11,612 nucleotides of DNA, taken from contig DASRHL010000236.1 in NCBI GenBank assembly GCA_035650535.1, positions 1 to 11,612 on the forward strand, in the 5' to 3' direction. This DNA is from Acidimicrobiia bacterium (lineage in GTDB: Bacteria; Actinomycetota; Acidimicrobiia; IMCC26256; PALSA-555). Positions 1 to 6,220 of this stretch are shown in pieces. Each line of letters begins with the position of its first letter. Position 1 is the stretch's first letter. Below the pieces are notes generated by a model that saw only the letters and a program-made list of their open reading frames with translations, searched no databases and was not told where the DNA came from. The position numbers were made by a program, and so were the translations under genes.

Positions 1-1
1 G

Positions 2-514
2 CTCTGGGGCGCGGCGGTCTCGGTGGCGCTCGGCGTGTACGCCAACGACCACTCGCCGACGCACGAGACGCCCTACCGCCTGTTCTTCACCAGCACCATC
101 AACCTCAAGGTCTGGCTCGGATCGCTCGTCGTCGTGCTCGCCGTCGTGCAGGTCCTGCTCGGTCTCCGCCTGTTCGGCCGGATCCACGTGCCCCGCGACG
201 CCCCGCCGTGGCTCGGTGACGCGCACCGGCTCGTCGGGACGCTCGCGTTCCTGGTGAGCCTTCCCGTCGCGTACCAGTGCCTGTGGGCGCTCGGGTTCCA
301 GTCGACGGACACGCGGGTGCTCGTCCACTCGATCGCCGGGTGCTTCTTCTACGGCGTGTTCGTCGTGAAGGTCCTGTCGGTCCGCGTCCGCGGGTTGCCC
401 GGGTGGCTGCTGCCGCTCGCCGGCGGTCTCGCCTTCGCCGCGCTCGTGACGATCTTCGTGACGAGCAGCCTCTGGTTCTTCACGTCCCGGCCGGCCGGAA
501 CCCCGCTCTTCTGA
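2..514 (+). CDS. Integral membrane protein of unknown function (DUF-type), 5'-partial (runs off the window start)
   Basis: The open frame continues from position 2 with no upstream stop, and the TGA stop is at 512-514. The translation shows several long hydrophobic segments (LGSLVVVLAVVQVLLGL, LVGTLAFLVSLPVAYQCLWAL, HSIAGCFFYGVFVVKVL, LLPLAGGLAFAALVTIFVTSSLWFF) with conserved His/Arg between them. The stop lies 2 nt before the ATG of the next gene, which suggests coupling. The antisense ORF 73..312 is Arg/Ser/Thr-rich and was rejected. Confidence 0.55.
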   Translation, partial: LWGAAVSVALGVYANDHSPTHETPYRLFFTSTINLKVWLGSLVVVLAVVQVLLGLRLFGRIHVPRDAPPWLGDAHRLVGTLAFLVSLPVAYQCLWALGFQSTDTRVLVHSIAGCFFYGVFVVKVLSVRVRGLPGWLLPLAGGLAFAALVTIFVTSSLWFFTSRPAGTPLF

Positions 515-516
515 CG

Positions 517-891
517 ATGCCGAGCTCGTCGTTCAGGCGCGTCGTCACCGCCATCGAGGTCGTCGCGCTCGTCGCCGCCGTCGTGTTCGTCGTCATGCTG
601 TTCGCGAACGGCAGTGGCGGGGGTGGTGGGGGCGGTGGTGGCGGCGCGGGCGGCGGGTCGCCCGGGGCGCGGCTGTTCGCCGACAACTGCGCGACCTGCC
701 ACGGCGCGGACGGGCAGGGCGCGGTCGGACCGCAACTCGCCGGACGTATGACCCAGCGGTTCCCGGACGTCGAGGACCAGATCCGCTTCGTGAGCCAGGG
801 CAGCGGCGGCATGCCGTCGTTCGCAGGGAGGTTGAGCCCTCAGCAGATCCGGCAGGTCGTCGAGTACACGCGGACCGGGCTCACCGGTTGA
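517..891 (+). CDS. Membrane-anchored monoheme c-type cytochrome (class I cytochrome c)
   Basis: The ATG at 517 is in frame with the listed ORF 277..891, but the upstream part of that ORF overlaps the preceding gene, so I chose 517. The protein has an N-terminal transmembrane helix (VVTAIEVVALVAAVVFVVMLF), then a poly-Gly linker (GSGGGGGGGGGGAGGGSPG), then the heme-binding motif CATCH (CxxCH) followed by a distal Met region (GGMPSF). This is the typical size and layout of a small cytochrome c. The TGA stop is at 889-891. Confidence 0.8.
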   Translation: MPSSSFRRVVTAIEVVALVAAVVFVVMLFANGSGGGGGGGGGGAGGGSPGARLFADNCATCHGADGQGAVGPQLAGRMTQRFPDVEDQIRFVSQGSGGMPSFAGRLSPQQIRQVVEYTRTGLTG

Positions 892-1011
892 CGCGCCGCC
901 CCTCGATCCGGAACAACGCGCGCGAGCGCGAGAGTTGTGCTGAGGGATGGGCTTGCGTCCGCGGGGGGCCACCCCGGGAATCGAAGCCCTTTGGAGAAGA
1001 GAGGCGCGGAG

Positions 1012-3150
1012 ATGGCGCTCCTGATCGTGATCATCGTCGTCGCGGTGATCGTTGCCCTGGTCGCGGTGAAGTCGCTGCATTTCATCGGATCGACCCAGGT
1101 CGGGCTCGTGTCGAAGCGCTTCGCCCGCCGGAAGCTCGGCGAGGACAACCCGATCGCGTTCCGCGGCGAGGCCGGCTACCAGGCGACACTGCTCATGCCC
1201 GGCCTCCGCTTCAAGCTGTGGCCCCTGTTCGGCGTGAGCAAGTACCCCTGGGTGCAGGTGCCCGCCGGTGAGATCGGTGTCGTCATCGCGCAGGTGGGCG
1301 CGCCGCTCCCGATCGGCGCGAAGAGCGCCGTCTACAAGTCCGTGTTCGAGAACTTCTCCAACCTGCACACCTTCATCGACAACGGCGGCCAGAAGGGCGT
1401 GCAGCGCCCGGTGCTCCCCCCGGGGACGCTCGTCCCGGTCCACCCGGTCGCGTTCCTCGTGCTCACGCCGGAGAACGTGTACGGGGTGCCGGTGTCGCCC
1501 GACCTCGTCTACCAGTCGACGCACGACGGCGGGCTCACGCCCGAGTCGTTCGGGCTGACGCCCGACCAGCTCCGTGTCGTCGTGATCACGCCCCAGGGCG
1601 ACATCGACACGATCGGCATCGTCACCGCGCTCGAGGGCGAGCCTCTGCCGTCGGGCGACATCGCGAGCCGGCTGGGCGGCTTCGCCGACATCGCGGCGAT
1701 GGAGGCGGCGGCCGACCCGGCGACCGACACCGCGTCGACCGACGCCGAGATCATCGAGGTGCTCCTCGGCTCGAAGAACGACCAGCACAACAACTACCAG
1801 GACTTCCAGCGCTTCCTCGAGAACGGCGGGAAGATCGGCCTGCAGCACGACCCGCTCCTCTACGGCGCGTACCTGCTGAACCCGTTCCTCGTGCGCGTCG
1901 AGATGGTGCCGATGCTCGTCGTCAACCAGGGCCAGGTCGCCGTGGTGAAGGCGTTCGTCGGGCTGCCGACGCTCGACACGTCGGGCGCGGAGTTCAAGTT
2001 CGGTTCGATCGTCCGCCCGGGGCACCGCGGCATCTGGCAGGAGCCGCTTCGCACCGGCAAGTACCCGATCAACCCGCGCGTGTACGCGGCGGAGATCGTG
2101 CCGACGTCGATCCTGACCCTGAACTGGGCCGAGGCGACGTCGGAGGCCCACGACCTCGACGCGCAGCTGTCGTCGATCGTCGGCAAGAGCCGCGAGGGAT
2201 TCGTGTTCGAGATCGACCTCCAGGTGCAGATCCACGTGCCCGACACGCGCGCGCCGAAGGTCATCTCGATGGTGGGGACGATGCGCAACCTCGTCAGCGA
2301 GGTGTTGCAGTCGGCCGTCGGCAACCACTTCCGCAACACGCTGCAGCGCCTCGAAGCGGTGCGCTTCATCGAGACCCGCCAGGAGGTGCAGGAGGCGGCG
2401 CTCGAGGCGATCACCCGCTACCTCAACGTCTACGAAGTCGAGACGAAGGGCGTCTACATCCAGGACGTGGAGTTCCCCGAGGAGCTCGTGACGGTGCTGA
2501 CCCGCCGCGAGATCGCGAACCAGGAGCGGGCGACGTTCGAGGAGCAGCAGCGCGCGCAGACGGCCCGCATCGAGATGGAGAAGGCGAAGGGCACCGCCGA
2601 CATGCAGGGCCAGCTCGCGTCGGCGCAGGTCGGCGTCGAGATCAACCGCAACCGGGCGCAGGCCCGCGAGGCCGAGGCGCAGGGCGAGGCCGCGTACGTC
2701 GAGCTGACGGGGAAGGCGGAGGCAACCAAGACCGAGGCGATCGGTCTCGCCGAGGCGAAGGCGGTGGAGGCGCTCGGGATCGCCCGGGCGACCGGGTTCG
2801 AGCAGCAGCGCCAGGCGCTCGGGCCGACCGCGACCGCGGTCGTGGCCGTGGCGAACGCGGTGTCCGAGGGTCACATCGACGTCATGCCCGACGTGCTCGT
2901 GACGGGTGGCGGTGGCAGCTTCGAGGGCCTCGCGGCGACGCTGATGCGGGCCGTCGCCAACGGCCAGGGCGGCGGCGCGGCGGCCGGGGCGCGGGGCGCG
3001 GTCACCGGGAGCACCGGGAACGCCGGGAACGCCGGGAACGGTGGAGGTGGTGGGGGCGGCCCGGCCGAGCCGCCGGCGGCGCGGGGCGAACCGCGCACCC
3101 CGCTCGAGGCCGAGGAGGCCGGCGAGGAGGTCGGCCCCGGCTCCGCCTGA
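1012..3150 (+). CDS. SPFH/band-7 flotillin-family protein (YqiK/FloT-like) with a long low-complexity Ala/Gly-rich C-terminus
   Basis: The ATG at 1012 is preceded by GGAGAAGAGAGG at 993-1004. The protein starts MALLIVIIVVAVIVALVAV, the typical flotillin N-terminal membrane anchor. An SPFH-like core follows, then a long Glu/Ala/Gln-rich coiled-coil flotillin region (EEQQRAQTARIEMEKAKGTADMQGQLASAQ...AEAQGEAAYVELTGKAEATKTEAIGLAEAKAVEALG). The C-terminus is a Gly/Ala/Asn tail. The listed ORF starts at 937, but 1012 gives the canonical N-terminus and has the better ribosome-binding site. The amino-acid composition is diverse, unlike the antisense 953-aa ORF. Confidence 0.85.
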   Translation: MALLIVIIVVAVIVALVAVKSLHFIGSTQVGLVSKRFARRKLGEDNPIAFRGEAGYQATLLMPGLRFKLWPLFGVSKYPWVQVPAGEIGVVIAQVGAPLPIGAKSAVYKSVFENFSNLHTFIDNGGQKGVQRPVLPPGTLVPVHPVAFLVLTPENVYGVPVSPDLVYQSTHDGGLTPESFGLTPDQLRVVVITPQGDIDTIGIVTALEGEPLPSGDIASRLGGFADIAAMEAAADPATDTASTDAEIIEVLLGSKNDQHNNYQDFQRFLENGGKIGLQHDPLLYGAYLLNPFLVRVEMVPMLVVNQGQVAVVKAFVGLPTLDTSGAEFKFGSIVRPGHRGIWQEPLRTGKYPINPRVYAAEIVPTSILTLNWAEATSEAHDLDAQLSSIVGKSREGFVFEIDLQVQIHVPDTRAPKVISMVGTMRNLVSEVLQSAVGNHFRNTLQRLEAVRFIETRQEVQEAALEAITRYLNVYEVETKGVYIQDVEFPEELVTVLTRREIANQERATFEEQQRAQTARIEMEKAKGTADMQGQLASAQVGVEINRNRAQAREAEAQGEAAYVELTGKAEATKTEAIGLAEAKAVEALGIARATGFEQQRQALGPTATAVVAVANAVSEGHIDVMPDVLVTGGGGSFEGLAATLMRAVANGQGGGAAAGARGAVTGSTGNAGNAGNGGGGGGGPAEPPAARGEPRTPLEAEEAGEEVGPGSA
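3014..3040 (+). repeat. Perfect 9-bp tandem repeat (ccgggaacg x3) inside the flotillin C-terminal tail, encoding GNAGNAGNA
   Basis: Read directly from the sequence at 3014-3040. It is followed by a poly-Gly run (ggtggaggtggtgggggcggc). Confidence 0.8.
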
Positions 3151-3277
3151 GCGCGTAACTGTCACACCCCCGTGGTCCCATCGCGTCGCCGGCCGCGGTG
3201 CGGTCACCACGCCCGCCGGGGCCGGCGAATTACAGTCGTGTGATTCGGGATCCGGCGGTTCCCGGTGGGGAGGACCA

Positions 3278-3592
3278 GTGACGGTGCATGTGCTGGATCA
3301 GGTACCGGGTCAGGTACTGGACCAGGGACCAGAGCAGGGACCGGAGCAGGAACCGGAGTACGTGCCCGCGGAGGGGCGCGGCGGCGCGGCCGGGGCGGCG
3401 GTCGGCGGCCACCCGGCGCCGGCGGTGCGGTGGGAGCCCTGCGCCGAGGCGTCCGGGCCCGACGAGCTGGGCCTGTGCGCCGGGTGCGGTTGGCCGGCCG
3501 ACGACCACCAGGGCCTCGAGCGCGGCCCGGCGTCGCGCGTCGAGGTCGTGATCCGGGTCCCCGATCGACCGCGCCTGCGCCGGGCCTCCTGA
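3278..3592 (+). CDS. Candidate small hypothetical protein (about 104 aa) with an N-terminal tetrapeptide-repeat region; speculative
   Basis: A GTG at 3278 follows GGGGAGGA at 3267-3274, and the ORF ends with TGA at 3590-3592 immediately before a strong hairpin. The N-terminus encodes VLDQ-VPGQ-VLDQ-GPEQ-GPEQ-EPEY from a 12-bp-period tandem repeat. The C-terminal half has high GC3 and three Cys (C-x11-C-x2-C-GW). No family was recognised. The frame is the C-terminal part of listed ORF 3041..3592. Confidence 0.3.
   Translation: MTVHVLDQVPGQVLDQGPEQGPEQEPEYVPAEGRGGAAGAAVGGHPAPAVRWEPCAEASGPDELGLCAGCGWPADDHQGLERGPASRVEVVIRVPDRPRLRRAS
3293..3364 (+). repeat. Six imperfect tandem copies of a 12-bp unit (consensus roughly cc/tgGAnCAGGnA)
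   Basis: The units are ctggatcaggta, ccgggtcaggta, ctggaccaggga, ccagagcaggga, ccggagcaggaa and ccggagtacgtg, read directly. They are in frame with the candidate ORF above. Confidence 0.7.
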
Positions 3593-3598
3593 CGCGCC

Positions 3599-3634
3599 GG
3601 CCTGACCGGCCCCCGGCCGCGGCCCGGTCAGGCC
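3599..3634. terminator. GC-rich hairpin (11-bp perfect stem ggcctgaccgg / ccggtcaggcc, 14-nt loop) between convergent gene ends; putative bidirectional terminator
   Basis: The stem is 3599-3609 and 3624-3634. The loop (cccccggccgcggc) is partly self-complementary. The right arm overlaps the ku stop codon (tca at 3628-3630 on the + strand). The hairpin starts 7 nt after the stop of the candidate + strand ORF at 3590-3592. There is no U tract, which is common for actinobacterial terminators. A second small inverted repeat, ccggtc-aggcc-gaccgg (3624-3640), overlaps it. Confidence 0.5.
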
Positions 3635-4593
3635 GACCGGCGGGACCGGGTGGACTTCGCCGGCGCGGCCTTCGCCGCGGCCTTCTTGGCGGTCGACTTC
3701 TTGGCCGCGGCCTTCGCCGGCGCCTTGGCCGCCTTGGCGGCCTTGGTCGGCTTCACCGCCTTGACGGCCCGGGGGCGACCACCACCGGCGCCGGCCGCCT
3801 CCGCCGCCTCGCCGGCCGTGCCGGCCCGGGCGAGGCTCGCCTCGAGCGCCGCCATCAGGTCGAGCACGGTGCCCTTCTCCTCGACGACCGGCTCGGCGAC
3901 GACCTCCTCGCCGGCGGCCTTGCGCTCGATGAGCGCGAGGAGCTCCTCCCGGTACTGGTCGTGGTACTTGTCGGGCTCGAACTCGGTCGTGAGCGCACCG
4001 ACGAGCTGGCGCGCCATCTCGAGCTCGCGCTCGGTGGGCTCGGCCACCTCGTCGGTGTCGGGCAGCACGTTCCCGGCGGGCAGCACCTCGTCGGCGTAGC
4101 GCATGGTCTCGAGGCAGAGCACGCCGTCGACCGGCCGGATCGCGACCAGGCTCTCCTTCGAGCGCATCACGAGGCGCCCGATGGCGACCTTGCGGAGCTC
4201 GGTCATCGCCTCGACGAGCAGCTTGTAGGGCCGCACCGCGTTGGCGTCGGGGGCCAGGTAGTAGGGCTGCTCGAAGAAGACGGGGTCGATCTCGTCGAGA
4301 TCGACGAAGTCCTCGATCTCGATCGTGCGGGACGCCTTGGGCGCGAGCGCCTTCATCTCCTCGTCGGTGACGACGACGTACTGCCCGGGCGACATCTCGT
4401 AGCCCTTCACGATCCGCTCGTTCGGGACCTCGTCGCCACTCTGCTCCGAGATCCGGCGGTACCGGATGCGGGCGCCCGTGCCCTCCTCGAGCTGGTTGAA
4501 GCGCACGTCGCGTGACTTCGTCGCCGAGGTCAGCTTCACGGGCACGGTCACGAGCCCGAAGCTGATCGTTCCGGTCCAGATCGCGCTGGGCAC
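3628..4593 (-). CDS. ku: Non-homologous end-joining protein Ku with a Lys/Ala-rich basic C-terminal tail
   Basis: The translation contains the hallmark Ku N-terminus AIWTGTISFGLVTVPVKLTSAT and a Ku core (FEQPYYLAPD...). The C-terminal tail is AVKAVKPTKAAKAAKAPAKAAAKKSTAKKAAAKAAPAKS, like mycobacterial and streptomycete Ku. I chose the GTG at 4591-4593 as the start because it is preceded by AGGGAAGGA with 6-nt spacing and gives the canonical N-terminus. The listed ATG at 4662 would add an atypical 23-aa leader. Confidence 0.92.
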   Translation of the reverse strand: MPSAIWTGTISFGLVTVPVKLTSATKSRDVRFNQLEEGTGARIRYRRISEQSGDEVPNERIVKGYEMSPGQYVVVTDEEMKALAPKASRTIEIEDFVDLDEIDPVFFEQPYYLAPDANAVRPYKLLVEAMTELRKVAIGRLVMRSKESLVAIRPVDGVLCLETMRYADEVLPAGNVLPDTDEVAEPTERELEMARQLVGALTTEFEPDKYHDQYREELLALIERKAAGEEVVAEPVVEEKGTVLDLMAALEASLARAGTAGEAAEAAGAGGGRPRAVKAVKPTKAAKAAKAPAKAAAKKSTAKKAAAKAAPAKSTRSRRSA

Positions 4594-4676
4594 GCTCGGT
4601 CCTTCCCTCTCGCTTCCGTTCGGTCGATCGCGCCCGTCGGTTCGGTCCGCGTCGGGGCACACTAGGTTCGCAGAGC
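4594..4676. promoter_or_regulatory. Divergent ku / LigD-Pol intergenic region (83 bp) with operator-like repeats
   Basis: There are two copies of GTTCGGTC (4618-4625 and 4640-4647), with a 10/11 match over tcc/gGTTCGGTC, spaced 22 bp apart, which is about two helical turns. The inverted repeat GGGGCAC-N16-GTGCCCC (4654-4683) has a right arm covering the GTG start of the + strand gene. TAGGTT (4664-4669) is a possible -10 hexamer. There is no experimental support. Confidence 0.35.
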
Positions 4677-5576
4677 GTGCCCCCCGAGTCCAAGACCCTC
4701 ATCGAGGTCGAGGGGCACCAGCTCACGCTCACCAATCTCGAGAAGGTTCTCTACCCCGCGGCAGGCTTCACCAAAGCGGCCGTCGTCGACTACTACGCCC
4801 GGATCGCGCCCGTGCTGCTCCCCCACCTCAGCGGCCGGGCGCTCACGATGGTGCGCTGGCCCGACGGCGTCGCGGGGCCGTCGTTCTTCGAGAAGCGGTG
4901 CCCGCCCCATGCCCCGCCGTGGGTCCGTACCGGCGAGGGTTACCCGGGCATCGAGTCGTGCGTCGTCGACGACGTCGCGACGCTGGTCTGGGTCGCGAAC
5001 CTCGCGAGCCTCGAGCTGCACGTGCTCCAGGCCCGGGTCGACGACCCCGAACACCCGACGTCGATGGTCCTCGACCTCGACCCCGGCGAGCGGACCGGGG
5101 TGCTCGAGTGCTGCGCGGTGGCGCTGGAGCTGCGCGAGCTGCTCGACGGCCTCGGCCTCGTGAGCGTCGTGAAGACGTCGGGCGGCAAGGGGCTGCACGT
5201 CGCCGCACCGGTCGCCGGCGCGACCGCGGAGGAGACCAAGGGCCTGGCCCGGGCGCTCGGCCAGCTCCTGGCCAAGCGCGACCCGGAACGGGTGACGATC
5301 GTGATGAGCAAGGAGGTACGCCGAGGCCGCGTCTTCGTCGACTGGAGCCAGAACGACCGCCACAAGACGACGGTGTGCGCCTACTCCTTGCGCGCCCAGC
5401 CGCGACCGCGCGTCTCGACGCCGGTGACGTGGGACGAGGTCTCCGACACTCTCGACGGCGGCGACCCGGACGCGCTCGCGTTCGAGGCGCCCGACGTCCT
5501 CGGGCGGGTCGATCGGCTCGGCGATCTCTACGCCGCGAACGTGACCGTCGACCAGCGGTTGCCCAAGCTCGGCTGA
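4677..5576 (+). CDS. Standalone LigD polymerase/primase domain protein (NHEJ PolDom, archaeo-eukaryotic primase fold)
   Basis: The GTG start is at 4677. The N-terminus (IEVEGHQLTLTNLEKVLYP) and the SGGKGLHV motif match the LigD Pol domain by eye, together with RVFVDWSQN. The protein is about 300 aa and has no ligase or phosphoesterase domain in the window. It is divergent from ku. The TGA stop is at 5574-5576. Confidence 0.85.
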   Translation: MPPESKTLIEVEGHQLTLTNLEKVLYPAAGFTKAAVVDYYARIAPVLLPHLSGRALTMVRWPDGVAGPSFFEKRCPPHAPPWVRTGEGYPGIESCVVDDVATLVWVANLASLELHVLQARVDDPEHPTSMVLDLDPGERTGVLECCAVALELRELLDGLGLVSVVKTSGGKGLHVAAPVAGATAEETKGLARALGQLLAKRDPERVTIVMSKEVRRGRVFVDWSQNDRHKTTVCAYSLRAQPRPRVSTPVTWDEVSDTLDGGDPDALAFEAPDVLGRVDRLGDLYAANVTVDQRLPKLG

Positions 5577-5589
5577 CCGACGCAACCGT

Positions 5590-6210
5590 TCAGGTGTCGA
5601 GCCCGAGCGCCGTCCGCACGTCCGCGGTCGTGTTCGTGTGCGGGAACGGCCGCGCCGGAACGGGTCGCCCGAGCGCGGCGCAGATCGGCTCCCACCCGTC
5701 GGTCATCGTCCACTCGAGCAACCGGTCGCGTGGTGCAGTGGCGCGCACGTGCTCGTTGTGCGCGACGTAGGCGGCCTTGGCCGCCTCCTCGTCGCGCCAG
5801 CCGGGCGTGAACGCGTTCATCATGTTGCGACCCATGCGCGTCCAGTCGTCGGCCGGAGCGTCGGGCCGGAAGTAGGTCTCGATCGCGACGAAGATCGTGT
5901 CCGACGCGCTCTTCCACCAGTCGTCCGGGTCCCGGACCGACAGCAGGATGAGCGCGTCGGGGAACGCCTCGCTCATCTCGCGCCAGAACGGCGCCGCCGG
6001 CCAGTCGACCGTGGCCTCGAACCCGCTGAAGAACGACCCCCAGTCGGGCATCTTCCCCTCGTACGCATCGGCCCACACCGCCGGGTCGTCGGCACGGTTG
6101 CCGACCTCGAACATGTGGTAGCAGGGACCGCCGAGCAGCTCCTCGAGGGCCTGCTTCAGCGAGGCCGTCCCCGTGCGCCCGAGACCGGCACCGATCACCT
6201 GCAATGCCAC
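5590..6210 (-). CDS. Sulfotransferase-family protein (Sulfotransfer_4-like; P-loop 5'-PSB motif GAGLGRTGT)
   Basis: The GTG at 6208-6210 is preceded by GAGGAG (RC of 6215-6220). The N-terminus VIGAGLGRTGTASLKQALEELLGGPCYHMFEV resembles the small actinobacterial sulfotransferase family. The protein is 206 aa with no signal peptide. Its start is 10 bp downstream of the preceding - strand gene, which suggests an operon. The family call is from memory. Confidence 0.55.
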   Translation of the reverse strand: MALQVIGAGLGRTGTASLKQALEELLGGPCYHMFEVGNRADDPAVWADAYEGKMPDWGSFFSGFEATVDWPAAPFWREMSEAFPDALILLSVRDPDDWWKSASDTIFVAIETYFRPDAPADDWTRMGRNMMNAFTPGWRDEEAAKAAYVAHNEHVRATAPRDRLLEWTMTDGWEPICAALGRPVPARPFPHTNTTADVRTALGLDT

Positions 6211-6220
6211 AGCTCTCCTC

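Noticed and set aside
277-516. Listed ORF 277..891 as a 204-aa cytochrome c starting at 277
   Set aside because: The upstream 80 codons overlap the membrane-protein gene in another frame and are Arg/Pro-rich. The ATG at 517 immediately after the upstream stop gives a sensible TM anchor plus a cytochrome domain.
937-1011. An upstream ATG at 937 as the flotillin start (MLRDGLASAGGHPGNRSPLEKRGAE...)
   Set aside because: There is no RBS, and it gives an atypical 25-aa leader. The ATG at 1012 has a GGAGAAGAGAGG SD and the canonical hydrophobic flotillin N-terminus.
349-3210. A 953-aa ORF on the - strand antisense to the cytochrome c and flotillin genes
   Set aside because: It is extremely Arg/Gly/Asp/His/Leu-rich low-complexity sequence with no recognisable domain. 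This is the typical stop-free antisense frame of high-GC3 coding DNA. The sense-strand flotillin has clear SPFH features and balanced composition.
3151-3222. Small GC inverted repeats just downstream of the flotillin stop (cgtggt...accacg; cgccgg-gg-ccggcg) as a flotillin terminator
   Set aside because: The stems are short (6 bp) with either a very long loop or a 2-nt loop. They are not convincing as an intrinsic terminator, so I left them unannotated.
3288-3551. An 87-aa ORF (MCWIRYRVRYWTRDQSRDRSRNR...) in the flotillin-ku gap
   Set aside because: It is extremely Arg/Ser-rich with poor codon character. The alternative frame 3278..3592 has a strong SD and ends at the hairpin, so it is the better candidate.
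4594-4662. An ATG at 4662 as the ku start
   Set aside because: It would add a 23-aa leader (MCPDADRTDGRDRPNGSEREGPS) that is not typical of Ku and would leave no promoter space. The GTG at 4593 has a good SD and the canonical start.
3230-4735. A 501-aa - strand ORF and a 416-aa + strand ORF (3265..4515) overlapping ku
   Set aside because: Both are alternative frames over the ku gene and are Arg/Gly/Pro-rich. Only the 3628..4593 frame gives the Ku hallmark motifs.
4466-6076. Several 120-430-aa ORFs overlapping the LigD-Pol and sulfotransferase genes (4466..5770 +, 4662..5585 -, 4843..5208 -, 4940..5365 -, 5528..6076 -, 5638..7416 +)
   Set aside because: They are Arg/Pro/Ala-rich shadow ORFs. 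The real genes on these stretches were identified by conserved motifs (SGGKGLHV, and the P-loop GAGLGRTGT).
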